In this document: in pieces, positions 39,901 through 53,169 of the stretch
How positions within the stretch are numbered: the stretch's first letter is position 1
Layout of the letters: the number at the start of each line of letters is the position of its first letter
Assembly: GCA_013239625.1 (NCBI GenBank)
Contig: MU053934.1
Coordinates: forward strand, 3,800,399 to 3,864,398
Direction of reading: 5' to 3'
Source: Lama guanicoe
Taxonomy: Eukaryota
Length of the DNA stretch: 64,000 nt
Translations under genes and position numbers: made by a program
Notes under the pieces: generated by a model
Told to the model about the DNA's origin: nothing
Seen by the model: only the letters and a program-made list of their open reading frames with translations
Databases searched by the model: none

Positions 39901-42710
39901 TTATAAGGACAATAATACTGTCTGAGAGATATACAGATAGAAATATTTGCATATATATTTAATTAAAATGAAAATATATCACAAAAAGCTGATGAGATGG
40001 ATAAATGGAACTGAAGTATTCAAAAGTTTCTGCATTGTCAGGGAAGGGCCAAAGTGCCAACTTAAGTTAGACTGTAATAAATCAAGAATGCATATTGCCA
40101 TCTCCATGATAACTACTAAAGCATTAATAAAACAGCTAATAGACAGGGGAAATGGCATTAATATAACAGCATTTGGTGTAAATAAAGCCAAATTTGGTTC
40201 TTTCAGAAGACTTAAAAGAAAAATCAATAAACCCTTAACAAACTGAACAAGAAATAGAGAAAACACAAGAAGGAGAAAGTCTGGTGGTCCTACATCTGTT
40301 AAAGACATTGAATACATATTTTAAAAGCTTCCCACAAAGAAAACTCCAGACTCATTTGGCTTCACCCATGAATTCTTCTTTCTTAAGGAAGAAGTACTAG
40401 CAATCTCAAACTATGAAAAACTGGAGAAGGATTACTTCTCAACTCTCCTTATGAGACCAGCTAAAGCTGACACCAAAACCTTATAAGAATATTTTTGAAA
40501 AAGAAAATTATAGGACAATATCTCTAATAAACACAGACGCTGAAAATCCTAAACAAATATTCGATTTAATCTAGCAATGTACAAAAAGGATACTACATCT
40601 TGACAAGGAGAGATTTATTCCCAGAATATATGGTTGCATTAATATCTGAAAACCAACCAACCACCCAATCAGTGTAATTCGCCATAATGACAAAATAAAG
40701 GAGAAACCAATAAGCTAATAAAAGCAAATCTCAATTGTTTCAGTATAAGCATTTGATAATATACAACAACGATTCATGAATTTTTTCAAAAGAAAGCTCT
40801 TAGAAAACTGGGAATAAAAAGGAACATCCCTGATGTAACAGAGGGTATCTACAAAAAACCTAGAACAAACATCATGCTTAATGGTAAGATGCTGAAGCTT
40901 TCCCCTTTAAGATCAGTTATGAGATAAGGATACTTCATAATTTCTGACCTTTCTTACCAGTGCAATATGGCAAGAAAAATAAATAAAATATATAAGGATT
41001 GGAAAGGAAGAAACAAAATTGTCATTAGGTTCATGATGATATGATTATGTTCTCAGAAAATCCAAAAAGTCCTACAGATAAATTATTAGAACTAATAAAT
41101 GAGTTGGGCAAGGTTGCTGAATACAAGATGAATACACAAAAATCAACTGCATGACTCATACAGCAACAAACAGAAAATTAAATTTCAATAAATGTCATTT
41201 ACGATAACATTTCAAACACTGGGAATAAATCTAACAAAGTGTGTCTGAAACGTCTGTGCAGAAATCTACAAAGAGTTATTGAGAGAAATGAAAGAAAACC
41301 TAAGTAAGTGGGAAGGTATTCCAGGTTTCTAGACTGAAAAGATTAAACAGTATTAACTCATCAATTCTTACCAAGCTGGTCTATAGTATCAGTGCAATGC
41401 CAATTAAAATCTCAAGACCAAGGTTTTGTTTCTTTGCTTGCTTGTTTTGTGGGTGGAACTTTTTTTAATCTGGTAAAAATTCAGAGAGCTGAGACTAGCC
41501 AAAATAATCTTGAAGAAGTGAGAACTTGTCCTGCCAGATATCAAGATTGATTATGAAGTTACACTATTAAGACAGTACTGTATTGATGCAAGAAAAGAAA
41601 AATAATAGCACAGTGACTAAAAATGTTTCAGTTAATAGAGGGACACCTGATTTATGTCCAACATAGCATTCTAGAGCAGTAGAAAAGAGCCGTTTGTGAT
41701 AAAAGGGCCTGGGAAAGCTGGATCTCCAGCAGAAAAACAAGAACAAGAAACTTGAGTCCTCTCCCACAGCACACATTTAAAAAAACACTCCAGGTAGATT
41801 ATCAACCTAGTTACAAAAGGCAAAACAAGAAAGCTTCTAGAAGGCAATATAGAAAAATACCCTCATGACTTCATGATAGAGAAAGACTTTCTTAAACAAT
41901 ACACAAAAACACACCATAAAGGAGAAGTTGAGTAAATCTGGCTTCCTTAAGACTAAACACTTTTATTTGTCAATAGATGCCATTACAAAAGTAAAAGGCA
42001 AACCAGTGAGCAGGGACCACAACACACATAACCAACAAAGGTGTGTGTTCAGGATACAGACAAGCCAATACCCCTGTCAAAACTCTGTAAGGAAATGAAC
42101 TTTATTTCTTTAAATGTTCAAGACATTAAGCAGGTAATTCACCAAAGAGGACTGACCAATGGGTAATCCACTTAGCAAAAGGTGTTCGACTTCACATCAT
42201 GAGGCAAATGCAAATTAAAGCCACAATGACACACCACAACACACCCAACAGAACGACAACATTTTTTTTCAAACTGGCAACACCAAGTATCAGAGGATGT
42301 GAAGTAACAAGAAACCTCACTTGCTGCTCGTCGGAAACCAGGGCTTCTTCCAAGGAAGCTGAGGATACATACGGCTGTGACCCAGCAACTCCACTCCTGG
42401 ACAGATGCCCAACAGAAATGCAGGCATGTATGCACCGAGAGAGAAAAAGACAGCCCAAGTGTCCATCAACGCTAGGACGAATACGTGAAGTTGCACTATA
42501 GTTATACAGTGGAATTCCACTGCACTGAAAATGACTGACACGACTGGGTGCGAAACACAAACCTCAGACAAATGCCAGTCACAGGAGCCAGACACAAACG
42601 CAATTACCGTAAAAGTCATGTTAATGGCTACATTTAGGGGGAAAGGGGGCAAAAGAGGGGCTTCCAGGGTGGTATGGTTTGTGGCAAATACCTCTGGAAC
42701 CATCATGCCA

Positions 42711-43354
42711 GGGTATGTAGCCAAAGAAAATGAAAACACTAATTCAAAAAGATACATCCACCCCAATGTTCACAGCAGAACTCTTTACAATAGCCAAGTT
42801 ATGGAAGCAACCTAAGTGTCTATCAAGAGATGAATGGATAGAGACGTGGTACACACACACACACAGACGCGCACGCGCACACGTGCACGTACAAGTGGAA
42901 TATTATTCAGCCATAAAAAGAATGAAATTCTGCCATTCACAACAATGAGGATGGACCTAGAGAGTATTATGCTTAGTGAAATAAGTCAGATAGAGAAAGA
43001 CAAATGCTGGATATGATCCCTTATAGTGGAATCTAAAAAATAAAACCAACAAATGTATGTAACAAAACAGAAACAGACTCACAGATACAGAGAACAAACT
43101 AGTGGTTACTAGCGGGGAAGTAAAGGAGGAAAGGGTAAAATAGGGGTAGGGGACTAAGGGATACAAACCACTGTGTATAAAATAGATAAGCAACAAGGAT
43201 CTATTATACAGCAGGGGGAAACATAGCCATTGTTTTGTAGTAACTTTAAATGGATTATAATCTATGAATATATTGCATCACTATGTTACACACCTGAAAC
43301 TAATATTGTAAATCAACTATACTTCAACTAAAGAATAAAAAATTTAAAAAATAA
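42711..43354 (+). mobile_element. L1 3' end (L1MA-like)
   Basis: ORF2 C-terminal remnant KTLIQKDTSTPMFTAELFTIAKLWKQPKC, 3'UTR, AATAAA and A-rich tail. Confidence 0.8.
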
Positions 43355-43359
43355 GGAGA

Positions 43360-44620
43360 AAGCACAGGAGGAGAAGAATTGGGGCAGTCTAAAAATAGAC
43401 AGTGCCTAAGGGGAAAGTGGAGTTAGGAAAGAGATTTTTTTTAAGCGTTATTTGTAGTGATGGAAAATATCCAGTAAAGAGGAGGAAATTTAGTAGGAGA
43501 GAGGAAGAATTGCTGAAATGATGTCCTGAAGTGGAGAGGGGATGATGACCTTGAGGGAGGAAGGACCTCAGCTAGACGCATGGATGGCAGATCTCAGGTG
43601 ACAGCAGGGAAGGCCCAGGAGGCAGGTGCAGGTGCGGGGAGACAGGGTGGAGGAAGCTCCTGGTAGTTCCCTGGTGGTTTCTGCATTCTCAGTGAGGCAG
43701 AAGCCAGGTCATCAGCTGAGAGTGAGCATGCAGAGGAGGGGGGCTCGCCAGGGAGGAGAGAGGATCAGGCATGCCTCCCGGGAGAGCTGAGAGGGGCGAA
43801 CCTGAGAACTGGAGGACTGCCAAACTAACGGGCTCACCTGCGGCCCATCCCCACTGTGATCTGAAAGTGTGAGCTGTCAACATGGAGAACAGAATTAACT
43901 AGTGTTGGGATTTTGCCAAGCAATTGTGATGGGGAGAGAGGACCACAGGAAAGCGGAGGGTGTATGCCAGTGTATGGTGACACTGATGGGCCATGGAGTT
44001 TAAGCTGGGTAAGAAGACAAGTCCACGAAAGGGATGGGGACTGTGAAAAGGTGACAGGATCAGTCCACCATGTGCAGGGGTAGAGGAACCTGGCATTCCG
44101 AGGACCAGAGAGAAAGAGCTAGAAAGACAGGAGGCAAGATCGGAAAGTGGGGTGCTTGAAATTTGTCTTTACAGAAGAGTTGCAGTTACTGGTGATGACT
44201 AGGTCCAGGCAGTGAGCACGTGGACCAGGAGAGGTCAGGTAACAGGAGTCCTGGGTGTAAGGACGGGCCCCCTGTGCATCTTATAGTCACCAAGAGTCAA
44301 GACAGGAGCAGTGATGGTGACAGGGAGTTCCTAGCCAGGGGTTCACGTATTTGAGATGCAGGGGAGGCCCCGGCGTGGGAGAAGCCTGACGCCAGGAGAG
44401 AGCACGGGATGGCAGCACAGGACGATGTGAGCTTCAAGGCTGAGGGGCAAGGAGGACCCTCTTCCACCTCCAGGCCCAGTGGGAGGAAGACTGGGAGAGA
44501 AAATTCTGGAGAGGCCTGCAGGGGAAGCAGTGTCCTCAGGGCAAAGCCAGGTCTGGGTGAGAACAAGGAAGTGAAAGAAAGAGTCAGAGAAAAGGCGAGC
44601 ATCGAGAAGACTCGTGGGGC
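43360..44620 (-). mobile_element. L2 LINE remnant
   Basis: Purine-rich plus strand typical of antisense L2 ORF2; no intact ORF; boundaries approximate. Confidence 0.45.
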
Positions 44621-46696
44621 TGTGTGTTCTCTGTCTTCTAGAACTGAGCGCCCTGGCATCAGCTCTGGGAAGCCTCTGCCTTGGTGGGAGCGGCCTATGG
44701 ATAAGCCTCAGGAGGGCTTGAACCTCGGGAAGTGGCAGACAAATGTGTGGATGTGCTTTTGGGGGATGAGAAGGTCCCCTGATTCTCTTAAGGGGGCCCT
44801 AGACCGAAAAATGGCCAAGAACCACTGGGCAAGAGGGGTTTCTAACTTTCTGGTTTCAAAGTCGAGCACAAGCCCTTCACCACTGGTTCTCCAGCTCCCT
44901 CTCCATCCCTCCGTTCCCTCTCTCTCTCCAGAGAAGCCTTTTCCATCCCTCTTGTCACGCCCAATTCAGTGGTCATGGAGTCATCCATTCATTCAACAAA
45001 AATTGACTGTGCACTCGCTGAGTGCCAGGCACTACGCTGACAGTAGGACAAATGACTCAGACCCAGGCCCTGTCCTGCCAGAGCTCTGCGGTCTGGTGGG
45101 GGAGACACATGTGCACACAGACACGTGGCAATCCAAGGCAAGAGGGGCTGATAGAAGTACAGGGGCTTAGGGAGAACAGAGAGCCCGGCCAAGGAGAGCG
45201 GGAAGAGCATTCTTAGGAAAACCAACAGCAAAGGAAAAGTGTAAAGGGGTGAGGTCTGTCCGGGGAATATGAATCTGACATGAGCCCATTATAATATCTG
45301 CCCCACCGCATGCCAAGTCCTGATCCACCATTGCTGGCTGCTGCCTAAGCCCCTGGAGGGCAGAGACCTGCCACTGGTGAAGATGGGTTGTGGGCTAGAT
45401 AAATGGCAAGTGGGCAAACCACAGAGTGTGTCCAGGCAAAGCCTCTGAACAGAGGGCCTCAGAAGTCAGTCCCCTCTTGAGAAGCAAAGATCACGCGTCA
45501 CACACGCTTTGATCATTCCTCCCAGGATTGCTGGGAAGTGCAGCCCTGCTTCTGCTGAGATACCAGTGAGGGGCTGGCGGGGTTCATCAAATATCATCTG
45601 TCACAGGTAAATGTCAGCAGTAAATGATTAATTTGTACCAGGAAGAGAAGCATGGACGTTATCACAGTGTACACAGCGGTGCTACAAGTGACCACCCCGG
45701 GCTCACCCCACATAAGCCGGGCACCTGGACCATATGTCAGGTCAGGGGGCCCAGGATGGGCCCAGGTGAGCTCACCACATTGCAAAACGGCCCACGTGGA
45801 GAAAGGAAGAGGAGGCTTCTGGAACACGAATGCCTGGGTCTGAACCCCAGCCCTGCTACTGAATGGCTGTAACTTGGGCAAGTTACTTAAATTCTCTGAG
45901 CTGTGTTTCTGCCTCTGTAAGAAGGGGTCAGTAACAGCCCTACCCCCAGGGACTGTCATGAGGATAAAGGGAATTAACAGTCAGGTCAGCAACAAGACAG
46001 AAGGAGCCTGGGTTCCTGAGGACTTTAAGGAGTGGTGCCTCCACAACAGCCCTGTCTGCCTTTGCTGTCACTTAGGAGGAAACTAAAATTCTACTGTTTC
46101 ACAACTTTTATGTTGAGCTATCACTCAAGCTGAACCTAAGCATATTTGATCCAGAAGAAGATTCCAGATAACGCTTGGGAGGAGAACCTGGCAGAGCTCA
46201 CCTTACGCACACTAATACAACATAGATACCATCACTGCTGCCGTCTGTATTGGCCGGTGTCCACCTCTCCACTTACAGGGGTGTTGTGGGACCCCCAGGC
46301 TGTCCACCCCTTACAGGGGCTCCTCAGCAAACCTTGGCCAACCAGCCCCTACAATGACAGTCATGCCTTAAAGACCCAAGGCTACAAGGTCTTTCCCTAT
46401 TTGACCCTTCTCAGCTTCCCCATCTTCCCTCCCTTCCTCCATCTGCACAGGTCAAGCCTTAAGGCAGGAAACAGTCTTCCATCCCCAGCCCCTGCTGTCA
46501 GGACCTCGATGGGCAGGAAGGTGTGGCGTCCAGGAAGCCCCTCCCTCCGTTCTAAGAGCAGAACCCCGCCCACCACCCCTTGCAGACTCCTCAGATGTCA
46601 ACCCAAAGAAGCTACTTCTCGGCCAAGGGATCTCCAGGCTGAGACCTGGGAGGATTCAAAGGAGAGAAGTGTGTGTGGTAACCGATCATCACGCAC

Positions 46697-46905
46697 CGGA
46701 ATCCACTCTGGGGGTTCCTGGGGTTGACCAGGATGCAGTCCCAGGTGCGGTTGGGAGTGTTCTGGAACAGAATCAGCTGCCCTTCCTCCCGGGCCCGGCC
46801 GCTCGAGACGTAGTCCGCCACGGCCACCTCCTTCACCCGGAACGGGTTGGAGAACAAGTTGGTGACGCTGCTGAGGGTATCGACCAGGCGGCCGAAGAAC
46901 TGCAT
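46697..46905 (-). CDS. PLA2G6: PLA2G6 exon 2 coding part (start codon); exon begins at 46950
   Basis: [70 protein letters not shown]; acceptor ttccag at 46951, donor gtgcgt. Confidence 0.96.
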
Positions 46906-48035
46906 CCTCCTTGGGGCCGGCGGGGAGGCCCCACTGCCTTCGCCCTCAGTCTGGAAGAAAATGGGGGCTCTGGTCAGCCAGGCTCGGTCTCCCATGCCCA
47001 CCTCACCACGGGCAGCGGTTCCCTGCACAGGCACCCAGGTGGCTCCCCACCAGCGCTGTTCCCTGGGATTCTGGGCCTGGAGGGACCTGAAAAGGAAGGG
47101 GAAGAAAGAGAAAGGGCACTGAGAGGGAGGGAAGAAAGGCAGACGGGAAGTTACAGGGCTGCCCTGCCCCCAACCCAGCTTCCCCAACAGAGACTCAGTT
47201 TCCTCATCTGCAGTACGGGGCGGGTCAAAGGAGACAGCAGATGTGAACACAGGTGATGGGCAATGCTGCCCTGTGCAAACAGGCGGGCGGGGGTCCTCAC
47301 TCCATAAAGTAGGGAGTCAACTTCTTGGTGCTCAAAGAGCTTGGCACATGTCATTTCAACTCCACACACAAAACCAGTGTCCCCTCTCTCCTGGATGCCA
47401 CAAGGGGGCAAGGAGCACCTTACACTCCACCCAGGGCAGAGGACTGTACATGTTTGTCTAAAACCCTTCGTGTCTGCTACCACTGGTTTCCCAAGAAACT
47501 CAGAGAACACAAAAGCAAGCTCCTTGGAAATGAGTCTGAACATAAAGCCTTGGTAGCAGGTGTCTGGGTGGAAATTTTGTTTCACATTCATAGGGTCACA
47601 GTTGCTGCTGTGGAAATTGTCACCAGTGTGGGTGTCAGAATTAGATGTCTTGTTATTTCCTGGGTTCCCAGAAAGCACACTACCTTCCTAAGGCAGTGCC
47701 ACCAAAGCCGGGTGACAATCAGCAGGAGGCCACCCTCTGCCTTTGTGCCAAGATGTCACCTGCCAAAAGAGCGGGTCAGATACCAAGGACAGAGCATGGG
47801 GGTGTGGGCATCCTGGGGAAAGAGGCCATGTAAGTGGACACTAGTCATACCCAGGCCCATGTGTGGAGGGAGGATCAAACTTAGGGATGAAAGGAAAAGC
47901 AGGAGGCCGACAAAGAATCATCTAAAAAGGGAAGACAGGTCAAAAATAACCATGACGTCAGGAGATGCTTACTGAGCACTTAGTAGGCAGTAGACCCTGA
48001 GCTAAGCACTGCATGTGACTGTCTCATTTAATTCT

Positions 48036-48168
48036 TTTGGGGGGGGGTTAGGTTTGTATGTTTGTTTGTTCATTTGTTTATAATGGAGGTACTGGGGATT
48101 GAACCCAGGACCTCGTGCATGCTAAGCATGTGCTCTACCACTGAGCTATATATACCCTCACTACCTCC
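48036..48168 (-). mobile_element. tRNA-Ala-derived SINE (camelid Vic-1 type) with 15-bp TSD
   Basis: Minus strand TAGCTCAGTGGTAGAGCACATGCTTAGCATGCACGAGGTCCTGGGTTCAATCCCCAGTACCTCCA with A box (48138-48148) and B box (48096-48105); TSD GTCTCATTTAATTCT at 48021-48035 and 48169-48183. Confidence 0.88.
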
Positions 48169-48313
48169 GTCTCATTTAATTCTCATAAACTATATGAGGC
48201 AGTTGCCCTGAGCACATAGTGAGCTCTGGAGCAAAACTGCATAGAAAACATCAAAATACTAAGAGTAGATGAGAGTATTTGGTTTATGGGCAATAGGTTT
48301 TTTTCTCTCCCTT

Positions 48314-48368
48314 ATTTCCCTAATGAAATTTCCCTGTGGAAATTTCCCTATGAAATTTCCCTATGAAA
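48314..48368. repeat. Short tandem repeat of GAAATTTCCCT (13-14 bp period, ~4 units)
   Basis: Full units at 48325, 48339 and 48352, plus partial flanking units. Confidence 0.85.
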
Positions 48369-50296
48369 GATGATTCTATTTTTTAAAAGAAAGTAGGAGT
48401 GTAGGGTGAGCCGCTGGGGCTTGCATCTGGGGAGTGGGGGGGGGCATGGGTGGGGTCGGGCCTGGCTGCCCAGAGGCTTCCCAGAGGGCAGGGACAGCAC
48501 CGGGAGAGGCGCTCACAGAAGAGGGGAGTCAGGAGCATCCAGCACCCACAGTCCCCCAGGGTTAAGGAGAAGAGTCACCGTGGGGGTCCAGCTGGACAGA
48601 AGGAAGATGCTCCGCCCCAGAGGCGAGCCCCTTTCCTCCAGGTCCCAGGGCAGGGGGCAGGAGTGCCCCCCCCCCACGTGGACAGCAGCCTGGCCCTGGA
48701 AAGGACAGGTCTGACTCTCCTCCAACCTCCCAGGGTGGGCGTGAGGATGAAATGACACAATAGAGGGAAAGTGTCTGGGACGCCAGCCACGGTGGGCACA
48801 CAAACAGTGGCCACTGCTATCACGAGGTGGAAGAAGGGAAATGGAAACCCTGGGCCACATCCTGGACTGATCATAACAGGCTGGCCGGGAAAGCGGCGAG
48901 TGCGAAGTAGAAAGAGCGGCACGTTTGTGCTTCCTTCTCGTGTCTGTCCCCTTCTTCCCGTCCCTGCCACCTCTGACATTGTGATGATGATGCTGTATCC
49001 GCCAGTTAGGGTGGCCTGTCCCCCCTTTTTTTGGTCTATCCAAGCACCTAGCATGCTGTTCCTGCCTCACAGTGGATATTTAATACATGTTTGGTGAATG
49101 AATGAGAACAAATGAACAAACCAATTGGAAGCCCCGGGGGCCAGCACCTTTGAGGCACCCTCCCTCCTCTTATTCCCGTGCCTTGTGGTGGTGACAGATG
49201 GTGACAGACCACACGCCACCTTCCCACTCTGACCACAACAGCAATGCTCAGGGGCTCACCCCTGCATCAGGGGAACCTTTACGGGGTGCCTGCTGGGCTT
49301 TGATCTAGAAAGTTTGGCTTTATATGCCATCAGGGTGCTTGAAGCTGAGCTCATTTGTACTCCAGGCAGGGAAACATCAAGCTCCCTGCTTGACAGAGGG
49401 CAGGGCGGCTGCCCAGGAGGTGCGTGACAGGATCCCACCGGCAGCTTGGCCAGGAAGCTGACCTCACGGGACCGGCCACATGGGGGACTCTGGGAGCACA
49501 TGCAGCATTGCTTGAGTTGGAAATCAGGCTTCATGAGCCCTGGAGGCTTATGACAGGATGTCCCGTGATTGGAACAACTGGCAAGGACAGCCTCCTGTGC
49601 AGCCAATGTCTCCCCCCATGCACTGCCCTGGCAGGATGGGCCGGGAACACCGGCTCTGATCAGAGCACCCCGCCTGCCCTGATCCCCGTGGACTTCCTTC
49701 CTGCAGCTCTCACCATCTGCACCTCCCAGCACGCGAGCGCATAACCGCACACCAGCCCCGCGTACATCCTCTCCCAAGACCACTTGCTCTATGGCTGGCA
49801 AAGGGTTTTCACGTCTGTTAGCTGCCTCGAAGCTCATAAACGCCCATGAGACAGCGACAGTGCGATGTTACCCTGTCTGGCATGCGGAGCAACGAGGCCC
49901 AGAAAGGGGAAGTGGGAGGTGCTGCCTGGCAGCTGCACTCATGCCTTCTTCCCTGGCCTCCTGGCAGCACTAGGCAGAAGGGCTGCACAGAGGATGCAGG
50001 TGCCCAGTCAGTGCACAAGGAAAGACTCAGGGAGAGCAGGGACCAAGTCAAATGGCATCTCCACCTCCCACCCGGGCCTCTGGGCCTCCAAGGTTGCCTC
50101 CAAACAAACTGTCCCTCCAAATGTTCACTCTGACCCTGGACTCTTCCCTAAGCCAGCAAGACACCCAGGAAGAGGGGAGGGCTGGCTCCTGCCCCCTCCC
50201 ACACACCACACTGCCCCATTCACCCAGCTTCCGCTGAGCACCACGTGCCTCACCGAGTTTCGAGGTAGTTTATTTATGCCTCAAAACACTCAGAAG

Positions 50297-50427
50297 AGAA
50301 GGTATACTTCTCCCCATGCTACACACAGGAAACGGAGACATTTGCCAGGATCTGAACCCACTTAGAAGGTATACTTCTCCCCATGCTACACACAGGAAAC
50401 GGAGACACTTGCCAGGATCTGAACCCA
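50297..50427. repeat. Tandem duplication, 2 x 64 bp (period 67, one mismatch)
   Basis: 50297-50360 vs 50364-50427; differ only at T50341/C50408. Confidence 0.95.
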
Positions 50428-50744
50428 GGACACCAGCTCGTAATCCTCAAGCTGCCTTCAGGAGAGATCCTGACTGAAGAGGGGCTGAGGGGGGCTTGAT
50501 GTGTGGTCCCCTGTATGCCAAACCCAAGGCCCTCATTGAACAGTGCACGGCCATTCACATAAGCCAGAGCAAAATGGCCTTTCCAGAACAGAAGAGGTCT
50601 CTTTCATTCACTCTGCTTAGCTGGACCACGGCTGGAAGCAATCTGCCCAGAACTGCTGCGGGAGTTCCCAAGCACGAGAGACCCCGATGACTTTAGATCT
50701 GTGGGCTGATGGCCTGGTCCAGGGTGGCCCATCTTATGATTTAC

Positions 50745-51600
50745 TCCACAAATTTTTATTGAGGACCTCTTCTGTGGCAAGCATTGTTACAACTGCTGAG
50801 AACACACTAGTAAACAAAACAGATGAAGTCCCTACCCTCCCAGAACTTCTATTTTGGAGAGGGCTATAATAAAGAAGATAAACAGGCAAAATATATACGT
50901 AGGTTTCAGATGCTGATTAGATGCTGAGGAGAAAAATAAACCAGAAAAGGGAGACAGGAAGTATCCAGGTGGAAATTTTTTTTTTTTAATTTTAGACAGA
51001 GTGAAAAAGTCCTCCCCAAGAACTTGGCCTTGAATAAAGACTTCAAGGAAATAAGGGCAAAAGTCATATGGGTATGTGGGTGAAGAGTTTTCCATGCAGA
51101 CGGAAGAGCATACGCAAAGGCCCTGGGGCTGCCTTGTGAGTTCCAGAACAGCAAGGAAGCCAGTAAGGTCAGAGAGTAACAGAGGCTAGGCAGGTACAAT
51201 GAGAGAAGCCGTTACAGGGCGTGGAGCAGAGGATTGACATTAACAGATCACACTGGCTGGATGCAGGGTGTACAGAGGCAACAAGGAAAATCTCAAAGCT
51301 TTAGCCTAAGCAACTGAATGAAGAATACTGACCTTTCCGAAAGATGAGAAGGTGAATGAGAGGGACAGATTTTGGCTCACGGTAGGGGAAGGGATGAAGG
51401 GTATCAGGAGTTTAATTCCAAATACTTTTAAGTTTGAAATGTCTTAAGTTTGAGGTATTGAGGGAGCAACTATGGATGTGTCTATCATTCAGGGGAAATG
51501 TCTGGACAGGACTGGAGACAGAAATTTGAGAGTTGGAGTCAGAGTAGAGATGGTACTTAACGTTATGTCACTTGATGGAATCCCCAAAAAAAGGTGGACT
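50745..51600 (-). mobile_element. L2 LINE 3' fragment
   Basis: aatttttattgaggacct...taaacaaaacagatgaagtccctaccctc...gcaaaggccctgggg: typical antisense L2 3' end. Confidence 0.6.
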
Positions 51601-53169
51601 AAAAAAGAGAAGAGGTACGTAAGGCATGGATCTATTAAGATTTTCTCCCAGGAGCCACACTCTACAAAGTGGAACTCGTGACACAAGGCCTCCCCTTCAC
51701 TACAGCCCCCACCCCTACCACACACCCAGTACATATGTACAGACACACACAGATTTAAATTCCTCCTTCCTCTATCTCTTGGTGATGTCATTCTGCTGAA
51801 TCAGAAGGAAACTCCCTTTTGAGGATGCTGTCATCTAACAAGAAAATAACCCACAGAAGGGAGAAAAAGTGCCCTGGACACTGAGACAAGTAGTGACCCT
51901 TACACAGCTGAGCAATCACACAGGCACTGGTGTTATAAAGTACTATGTTCAGATTCCAGCCCCAGCCCCATTAACTGTGTGACCTAAGGCAACTCAATTG
52001 CCCCCTCTTCCTTATGTTAAATGGGAAGAGCACTGGCTGTGAGGGTAACCTAGAACACAGTAAACAGTCCATTAACATTTGTTAAATAAACGAGGAATAA
52101 ATGAATAAATGGTAACATATAAAAGAGGCTGACTCATAGCAGTCAATAAATCTGCCAAATGCTAAATAAAAGACTTGTCTTTCCCTCCTTGATTTTTCAT
52201 TCTATCCCTTTCCCTTTTCTGCCTATGACACAATAGCAAAGCTGTGCATTTGTCCAGGACCATGCTGGTTACAAAGCTTTGCCTTCTACATTTTCTCAAA
52301 TTTTGAATTTCATGGCAGCCTTAGGAGGGCAGAAAATATAATCTCCCTGTCACAGATGAGGAAACTGAGACTCAGACAGAAAACAGCCTACAAATTCCAG
52401 GAAAACTTCAGGCAGAGAAAATAACAAAAACACTGCATTCAGCCCAAGGGTGGAGCATCCATGTTGCCAAACCAAACCTGCCTGACATCCTGTTGGGCGG
52501 GTAAGAGGGCAGGTGAGGGAAAGACCCAGAAGCTCAGGGGAAGGGAAGGTATTTATTTGGGGTCATATGAGTAGTCCATTTGAAAAATGGGCACAGATCC
52601 TTGAGCCTAGTGCCCTCCCTGTCCCACAACCACAGGCCTGCTGGTCCCAGTCACATGGTCACAAGGGTCACATACTTCCCGTCACTAGCTTTCAGGTCAT
52701 CAGTGGGAGCAGGAGGTGGACACAGGACTGGTGGATGGTGCAGCTCTGGGGTGACCATGCTATGGGAAAGGAGGGAGCATGGTGGGGAGTAGGCACAGAT
52801 GAAATCTGAAGGCCCATGGGAGACAATAAGCAGTGAGAGGCAGGGAGTTAGAAATGGGGAACAGTGAAATGGAGAACAGGGGAGACAGACGGAGGAACGC
52901 AGAAGGCAGGGGTAAAGTCGGGGATCGGGTGGGAACACACTGAGGCAGAAAAACCAGGAACACTTAGCACAGGAAGGAAGCTGGGGACAATGAATGGGAC
53001 CGAGAGTGAAAACTCAGGCCACTGAGAGGCACTGAAAAAGCTGGGGGACGACGGGGTGGGGTTAACTCAGGAAATGAGGGATAGAGGAGAGACACACAGG
53101 GAAGAAAGGGGTACTGAGGAGGGACCCGGGGTTGAAGGTCGCTGAGGGAACTCAAGTTAGAGATGAGAC

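Larger units (their letters stand above)
34110..42660 (+). mobile_element. Nested ancient L1 block in intron 2 (at least two L1M-type copies with ORF1/ORF2 remnants)
   Basis: A-rich plus strand; ORF1-like decay at ~34700-35240/35850-36300 and again at ~39000-39900; ORF2-like at ~37450-38260 and 40170-42400; boundaries approximate. Confidence 0.7.

Noticed and set aside
44409..45170. 253-aa plus-strand ORF
   Set aside because: No recognisable domain; overlaps L2-derived sequence antisense to an intron; consistent with a chance ORF
48085..48155. tRNA-Ala-like sequence
   Set aside because: Flanked by a TSD and a simple-repeat tail, with a degenerate acceptor stem: a SINE, not a tRNA gene
50297..50427. 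Direct repeats as a CRISPR-like array
   Set aside because: Only two adjacent copies, no unique spacers, mammalian intron, no cas genes
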